A stretch of 64,000 nucleotides of DNA from Octopus vulgaris (Eukaryota), in the NCBI GenBank assembly GCA_951406725.2, contig OX597827.1:40548001-40612000 (forward strand), read 5' to 3'. Positions 55,069 through 64,000 of this stretch are shown piece after piece. The notes beneath the pieces are model-generated. The model had not been told where the DNA came from. It saw nothing but the letters and a program-made list of their open reading frames with translations, and searched no databases. The position numbers and the translations under genes are program-made. Position 1 is the stretch's first letter. Every line of letters starts with the position of its first letter.

Positions 55069-55123
55069 CATATATGTATATACATGTATGAATATAATAT
55101 ATACATATTATACATGCATATAT

Positions 55124-55175
<52 letters not shown>

Positions 55176-55638
55176 CGCATGTATATAGAGATTTATATAT
55201 ATATGTATATATATATAGATCTATATGTATATATCTATATCTATATATGTCGTTTGGCAAAACACATCGATAGAATAAGTACTAGGCTTACGAAGAATAA
55301 ATCCTGGGGTCGATTTCTTTGATTAAGGGTGGTGCTCCCGCATGGTCGCAGTCACATACCCGAAACAAGTAAAACAAAAAATAAATGCCATTTTAATCCC
55401 GTGCAACGCCGGGTATCTCCGGCATGTCTACAGCTCATGAGCTGAAACTAGATCGAATCAAATATGTATATGTATAGGCGCAGGAGTGGCTGTGTGGTAA
55501 GTAGCTTGCTAACCAACCACATGGTTCCGGGTTCAGTCCCACTGCGTGGCATCTTGGGCAAGTGTCTTCTGCTATAGCCTCGGACCGACCAATGCCTTGT
55601 GAGTGGATTTGGTAGACGGAAACTGAAAGAAGCCTGTC

Positions 55639-55692
<54 letters not shown>

Positions 55693-55935
55693 GTGTGTTT
55701 GTGTGTCTGTGTTTGTCCCCCCCAGCATTGCTTGACAACCGATGCTGGTGTGTTTACATCCCCGTTACTTAGCGGTTCGGCAAAAGAGACCGATAGTATA
55801 AGTACTGGGCTTACAAAGAATAAGTCCCGGGGTTGATTTGCTCGACTAAAGGCGGTGCTCCAGCATGGCCGCAGTCAAATGACTGAAACAAGTAAAAGAG
55901 TAAAAGAGTAAAAGAGTATGTATATGTATATGTAT

Positions 55936-56036
<101 letters not shown>

Positions 56037-56287
56037 CAGATATATATAAAGGGAAAGTTTACGAAAATAAACAAAAGACGAAGGCAGGTGGAGTACAAAC
56101 AAACAAATGTATACATATATATACACACACAAATATAAACACACATGCACACACACGCACATTCATCGACACACATGTGCGCGTGCATTCAGGTATATGT
56201 TTTTATGTACGTATATGTATATAGGCGGGTATCTCTACCATGTCTACAGCTCATGACCTGAAATTAGATCAAATCAAATCAAATATA

Positions 56288-56345
<58 letters not shown>

Positions 56346-56379
56346 CATACATATATATATACACATATAAACACATATG

Positions 56380-56436
<57 letters not shown>

Positions 56437-57258
56437 TCATTGACACACATGTGCGCGTGCATTCAGGTATATGTTTTTATGTACGTGTATGTATATAGGG
56501 CGAACATAATTATATTTTATATGTACATGCATGATATATTACGTTTATTCCATTAACGTATCTGGAAAACAAACAACGACTTCACGCCATTAAATACAGA
56601 CGTAACAGTTTTAAAATGTTACGTTTGCTTTTCACTGGATTCAATTTTATATTGTTTGTCTGGTTAATTAGATGACAAAAGCAGTAAGAGTCAGAAATCA
56701 GAACGATGTTTCACTTCGATGACGGATTACTTTCGATTTTGAATACGTTACCAGAACACTCATGCCTTGAAATTAGCCTTGAAGCAGACGATACAACACT
56801 CTGAATCAATGAAACAATGGCGGGTGTGGGTTATGATTTTGTTGCTTCAGTGAACTTAATGTGAATAGATGGTCATCAATAAATAGTATACGTCTATACT
56901 ATAATTTATATAACTGATATATACTGAGCCTATTATCTTTTCACTATAAAGCGGTGATGTTAAATGGCTAAGATGTTAGGATGACAGACTAAATGCATTA
57001 GTCTATGGTTTTCATTCGTCTAAGGTTGATAAAATAAATGCTAGTATCTATTATCTTTTATTTGTTTTAGTCATTGGATTGCGGCAAAGCTGGAGCAGTA
57101 CTTTCAAGGATTTAGTCGAACAACTCGACCCCAGCTCATATTTCTTTTCAAAGCCTGGTAATTATTCTATCAATTTCTTATGCCAAACCCCTAGGTTACA
57201 GAAATGTAAAAAAAAAACAACGCCGGTGTCAAGCAATGGGAGGGACAAACACAAAGAA

Positions 57259-57488
<230 letters not shown>

Positions 57489-57493
57489 ATATA

Positions 57494-57534
<41 letters not shown>

Positions 57535-58485
57535 CGGGTTTCCACACGCAAGGAATTGGTCGGTCCAGGGTTTTATAGAATGCTCTTGCCGCGCAGTGAG
57601 ACTGAAACCAAGACCACGTGATTGTAAAGTGTGCTTCTTAACCACACAGCAGTACTTGCAACTACTGAGTGGTTGTGTGGTAAGTAGCTTGCTTACCAAC
57701 CACATGGTTCCAGGTTCAGTCCCACTGCGTGGCACCTTGGGCAAGCATCTTCTGCTATAACCTCTGGCCGACCAAAGCCTTGAGAGTGGATTTGGTAGAC
57801 GGAAAAGAACCCCGTCGTATATATGTATATATGTGTGTGTGTTTGTGTGTCTGTGTTTGTCCCCCCAACGTTGCTTGACAACCGATGCTGGTGTGTTTAC
57901 GTCTTCGTAATTTAGCAGTTCGGCAAAAAGACCGATAGAATAAGTACTAGGCATGCAAAGAATAAGTCCTGGGGTCGAAATGCTCGACTAAAGGCGGTGC
58001 TCCAGCATGGCCGCAATCAAATGACTGGAACAAATAAAATAGTAAAGAGTAAAGAGTATTTTCGATTAAATACTACACTCTCTTTCCTAGATAACCATAT
58101 ATATTTATAGGCGTCAAGTGGATAAGCGTCATAGCATTAAGATCAAATCTGGCCTGGTTGATTTCATCAGCCATTTCTCTCGGTTCGATAGTACCAGTAA
58201 TATAAAAGCTCAATTAAATTAACTCTGTTCATTCTTTTGTAAAAGAAAGATTTGTATCTGGTTAATTGGACGCCATAGTTATAGACTCGTGTCTTAATCT
58301 TTCCAATATCGACTTAGTCCTTTGAATAAAAGCCAGTAAAATATATCGATTCATTTGGCCCTAATTTTGTCCCTTCAAAATTTTAGTTTAGTGCCTTGAA
58401 TAATAAGCCACTATATATTTAAAGTTCATATTGTTCGCAGGTGTCGAATTGTGATGATATTTAGCTACATTATTATTATTATTAT

Positions 58486-58529
<44 letters not shown>

Positions 58530-58697
58530 CACAGGAGTGGCTGTGTGGTAAGTAGCTTGCTTAGAACCACATGGTTCCGGGTCCAGTCCCACTGCGTAGC
58601 ACCTTGAGCAAGTGTCTTCTACTATAGCCTCGGGCCGACTAAAGCCTTGTGAGTGGATTTGGTAGACCGAAACTGAAAGAAGCCCGTCGTATATATG

Positions 58698-58728
<31 letters not shown>

Positions 58729-59164
58729 ATATGTTTGTGTGTCTGTGTTTGTCTCCCACCACCACCGCTTGGCAACCGATGCTGGTGTGTTTACATCCCC
58801 GTAACTTAGCGGTTCGGAAAAAAGAGACCGATAGAATAAGTACTAGGCTTACAAAGATTAAGTCCTTGGGTCGTTTACCTCGACTAAAGACGGTGCTCCA
58901 GCATGGCCGCAGTCAGATTACTGAAACAAGTAAAAGAGTAAAAGAGATATATACAGTCATTAATGTTTGACAAGTCATGCAAATATAATTATAATCATTA
59001 TGTAACTTTTATGTTAATTTATTTGGTCATGTATTTCATTTTAATACCCACTTCTTGGAAAAAGTCTAACTTTTAAAATAGACTGTCTATAGTAAATTTC
59101 ATTGAACCACAACACTACTCGTACAATCGACTCGGGAGAGAGGAATAGGCGACAAAATCAGTTA

Positions 59165-59520
59165 GTTCTCTCTGTGCCATGAGGCACATGAGGCTGCAAT
59201 ACAATCTCTTCAACCAGCCCTGTTTTCTTCCGCTGGTCGGATCTCATCCCAGCTTCTCCACTCTTCTCGGCTCCTTTCCTTGTCAATGGTTCTTTACTAT
59301 TGTGTCATTTCGGTCTCTTTGCTGCCACTTGATGCTGAGTATTCTCATTAAGCATGTGAATCCATTTTCTTTATTTTCTTCCATTTTCGTTTCACTTTCC
59401 AGTTTTAACACCCTTAGAGTAATACTTGTGGGCATTGAACAGCTTCAGCTTCGTTTTGTGGCCTGTCCCTTTGCTTCTCCATACCTTTGTTAGATTGTAG
59501 ATCGCTCTCCGGGTTTCATC
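59165..59520 (-). pseudogene. RTE-like LINE 3' relic
   Basis: CLMRILSIKWQQR and a terminal W..LYCSLMC segment, with stops. Confidence 0.55.
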
Positions 59521-59778
59521 AACAACATCATAGTTGTAACAGTTACAAATATGATGTTGTTGAAACATGTTCTTTGTCTATTTACTTATCCTCTTTGTGA
59601 TTTTGGATAATAAGAACACTATACAAATGAATCCTTTGAATTTAACTAAATTCTATATTTTTATGCAGCTGAAGATTGCTCTACATTTTAAAATTGATGT
59701 AATATTTGCATTGTTCAATCAAATGGAGTGCATGAAACGATCGTACTGCATTACCTCTGGATATTCTTATTTTGATTG

Positions 59779-59810
<32 letters not shown>

Positions 59811-60544
59811 CACACAAATGTACACATACACACACACAAACACACACACAACACAGTGAAAAACATACACATATGGTGGAATCGTCGGAGCATCTCATTC
59901 ATGACTGTTAACGTCCTAGTTTGAAATCTTGCCGTATCCAACTTTGCTTGTCATCCTATCAGTTTCGATGAAATAGACTACCAGATGTTGATGGTATCGA
60001 CTAGTCCTCTTCACTTGAAAACTGCAGATCTTGCCCGTAAAATTAGAGATAGCAAGTATGTGTGTATATATATGTACATGTGTCTGCTTATACGTTTATG
60101 TGCGTGTGCTGGCATTGAACTGGAACTGCTTAATACAACACACACGTATATGCGTATTAAATATATGTGTGTTGTATTAAGCTCTTCCTATATATATGTA
60201 TGTATAAATATATGTGTATGTGTGTTCAAAAACAAAGTATATATAATCACAATTACACACATACACACACGACTGAGTGGACAATAAGTGCCTATTTGTC
60301 TGTCTATGTATGTATGTATGTATGTATGTATGTATGTATATGTCTTTGTTTCAGTCATTTTACTGTGGCCATGCTGGAGCACCGCCTTTAGTCGAGCAAA
60401 TCGACCACAGTACTTATTCTTTGTAAGCCTAGTACTTATTCTCTCGGTTTCTTTTGCCGAACCGCTACGTTACGGGGACGTAAACACACCAGTATCGGTT
60501 GTCAAGCGATGTTGAGGGGACAAACACAGACACACAAACATATG

Positions 60545-60591
<47 letters not shown>

Positions 60592-60910
60592 GTATATATA
60601 TTTATATATGCATATATACGACGGGCTTCTTTCAGTTTCCGCCTACAAAATCCACTCACAAGCCTTTGGTCGGCCCGAGGCTATAGTAGAAGACACTTGC
60701 CTAAGGTGCCACGCAGTGGGACTGAACCCGGAACCATGTGGTTGGTAAGCAAGCTACTTACCACAAAGCCACTTCTGTACCTTTATGTATATTTGTAAGC
60801 ACGTGCGTGTGTGTGTGTGTGTGGATGTGTGTGTCTGTCTTTCACCGATTAACTTCGGCGGATGACATAGATAAAATATCTTGAAAACTCAGTGCGAACG
60901 CGCGCGCGCG

Positions 60911-60955
<45 letters not shown>

Positions 60956-61822
60956 GAAAGAAAAAGCATTTTAAAATGAGTGAGCTTTCAGTGAATATCC
61001 GTATTGCCCAACTCCTTTGCCACTCGCCATCGTAAATGGACCAAACCAGTGATTAACTCATTAGAAGACCGCAACCAATTACGCTGCTTTTGTTGACCAA
61101 CTGCAAAATTAAAAGCAAAAGTACTAAAGGTCGATAAACGTTTTCTGTTAAAAATCGTACAAGTTAGTGGAAATACGTATTATTGAAAATAAATACGCAC
61201 AACAATGACAGCAACATCAGTGACGTCAACTGCTGTTGCAACATCTGCAACGAATGAGACAGCTGCAATAACGACACCGTTCAGGAACGAGAGATACAAA
61301 AAGCATCTATTTAAAGAGTGTTACGGTAATGACACGTCTCGTCTGTTTGTGAAGTCAAGGGGAAGTCCGTCATTGAGCAATAAGATTACGACTTTAACAG
61401 AATATAGGCTTAGGAGTGGCTGAGTGGTAAGTAGCTTGCTTACGAACCACATGGTTCCGGGTTCAGTCCCAGTGCGTGGCACCTTGGGCATGTGTCTTCT
61501 ACTATAGCCTCGGGCCGACTAAAGCCTTGTGAGTGGATTTGGTAGATGGAAACTGAAAGAAGCCCGTCATATATATATGTGTGTGTGTGTGTGTGTATAT
61601 GTTTGTGCGTCTGTGTTTGTACCCACAACATCGCTTGACAACCGATGCTGATGTGTTTACGTCCCCGTAACTTAGCAGTTCGGCAAAAGAGACCGATGGA
61701 ATAAGCACCAGGCTTACAAAGAATAAGTCCTGGGGTCGATTTGCTCGACTAAAGGCGGTGTTCCAGCATGGCAACAGTCAAATGACTGAAACAAGTAAAA
61801 GAGTAAATGAGTAAGAGTAAGA

Positions 61823-61889
<67 letters not shown>

Positions 61890-62076
61890 AAACAGGAGAT
61901 GTGGAACACGAGTTGTAATATATAAAAAAGGAAATGAAAATGCTGACAAAATAATTTAAGTAATTTAAGTAATTTAATTAGGTGAAAGTTCTTTTTACCG
62001 GTTGCGCATTTGTTATGCTTATCAAAATTTTTTTTAAGAGAGAAAGAGTTCCTTTCTGATAGATTTTTTCCTCTTA

Positions 62077-62130
<54 letters not shown>

Positions 62131-62189
62131 GAGTGTATGTGTGTATACATGCATAGATGCACACATACACATGCAAACGCACACAAACA

Positions 62190-62400
62190 TACGGTGGGCT
62201 GCTGAAAAGTTCCTTGTTTTGAGTGAAAGAGAATACAGGAGAAGCAGTTAATTGCGATTTCATTCAACATATTCCCCTCTCAGATTTACACACTTATTGC
62301 AGCAGTCATTCAGTGCCTTTTTAAGACTTGCAAAAGAACTTAGAAGGTTGGGTCACCAGCCAGGCCTTCCGTGACACCCTTAAAGCCAGGAAATTTTCAA
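62190..62400. mobile_element. Mariner terminal fragment
   Basis: TA+cggtgggctgctgaaaagttc TIR-like end. Confidence 0.45.
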
Positions 62401-62483
62401 TACCCTTTTGTATGTGTGCGTGTAACATATGCATCGATGAACATGTGCTTACGTATATTATAAAATCTGTCTATCTGTCTGTA

Positions 62484-62650
<167 letters not shown>

Positions 62651-63015
62651 TTATAAATGTGTACATTATATGAGTGCGTGTATATGTGTATATCATACAT
62701 CCATACGTACACACACATATACGCACACATACACTCATATATATGTGCGTGTGTGTGACTGTGTATATATATGTTGTTGGCATCCTTTTTGTCTCGGGAG
62801 ACAATGGAGTTGCGCATAAAATAATCATAATCTAGTCCGACTCTCACACCCCATGTCCCAATACATCCCACGCTGCGGCCGTGGCAGCCCCATACAATCC
62901 CGGACATGTGGAGTGAACGATGGGAAGAGACTAACCAATGAGAAGGAGCGATTCAGAAGCAGAGCGGGTCCGAGATGAAATGTAAGAAAGTAGAAATAGA
63001 AGATAAGCAAGGAGA

Positions 63016-63082
<67 letters not shown>

Positions 63083-63450
63083 GAATTCTGGGAATTGGTA
63101 TACTCTTTTACTCTTTTACTTGTTTCAGCCATCCGGCTGAGGCCATGCTGGGGCACCGCCCTTGATACAATTTTAAAAAAAGCTGTTTTCCTGGAATGGG
63201 AAGTGGTTGCACACTGAACAGGATATGGTGATTGCGACACATTTTTACGAAAACATAAAAATACTCTGCAATATTTATTTATTTACTTTCTGAGTTCTTA
63301 TCCTCCTGAAGTTGACTTTTGCCATTCATCCAAACGCAAACAAGATTGCTGAAATCAAGTACTTGTTACGTATTGGCGGGAAAACAATCAGCTGTATATC
63401 CTATATCCGTGTTTGTATATATGTTCTGCGTATGTATGTATTTATGTATG

Positions 63451-63592
<142 letters not shown>

Positions 63593-63797
63593 TATATATA
63601 TGTGTGTATGTATGTATGTATAATTTTAAAATAGGATAAAATCTTTATAATAAATTATCTAGTTAGCGTGAAAAACGTCATAGGGGAAACATTTCTTAAT
63701 GTTTCCCTTTAAATATATTTATTTATATTAAGGGCATTACTATACATAAATGCCTCACGCTAGGAGGGACTCTTAAGTCAAAACTACCATAATAAAA

Positions 63798-63924
<127 letters not shown>

Positions 63925-64000
63925 ATATATATATATAGTGTGAAAATAATAAGGGTAGAAAATTTTGAGAAATTTTTCTACCGGTGGCCAGCATGCGTAA

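Overview
AT-rich eukaryotic DNA packed with microsatellites and SINEs; the repeat families suggest an octopus/cephalopod genome (inference). Almost all ORF-track entries are microsatellite artefacts. One real host gene can be assembled by hand on the minus strand: a divergent Rab GTPase with six core coding exons (47078-46943, 43209-43149, 40086-40026, 24613-24536, 17673-17566, 15922-15803; all GT-AG, frame-consistent, G1-G5 motifs intact). It has two candidate alternative last exons that each end in a CXC prenylation motif (11712-11599 ...KIRKCAC*; 5649-5551 ...GPICNC*) and a candidate in-frame 12-nt microexon (21700-21689, IARK). Introns and flanks hold two near-complete mariners, a maT-like relic, a Helitron helicase fragment, microsatellite-flanked RLE-type LINE tails, RTE relics, four tRNA-derived SINE families, minisatellites and several inverted repeats, including a ~190-bp near-perfect palindrome. 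Two minimal hammerhead ribozyme motifs are present. The most unusual signal is a ~95-nt predicted RNA at 1938-2032 that carries hammerhead core motifs in a non-canonical order, plus a kink-turn and two pseudoknots.
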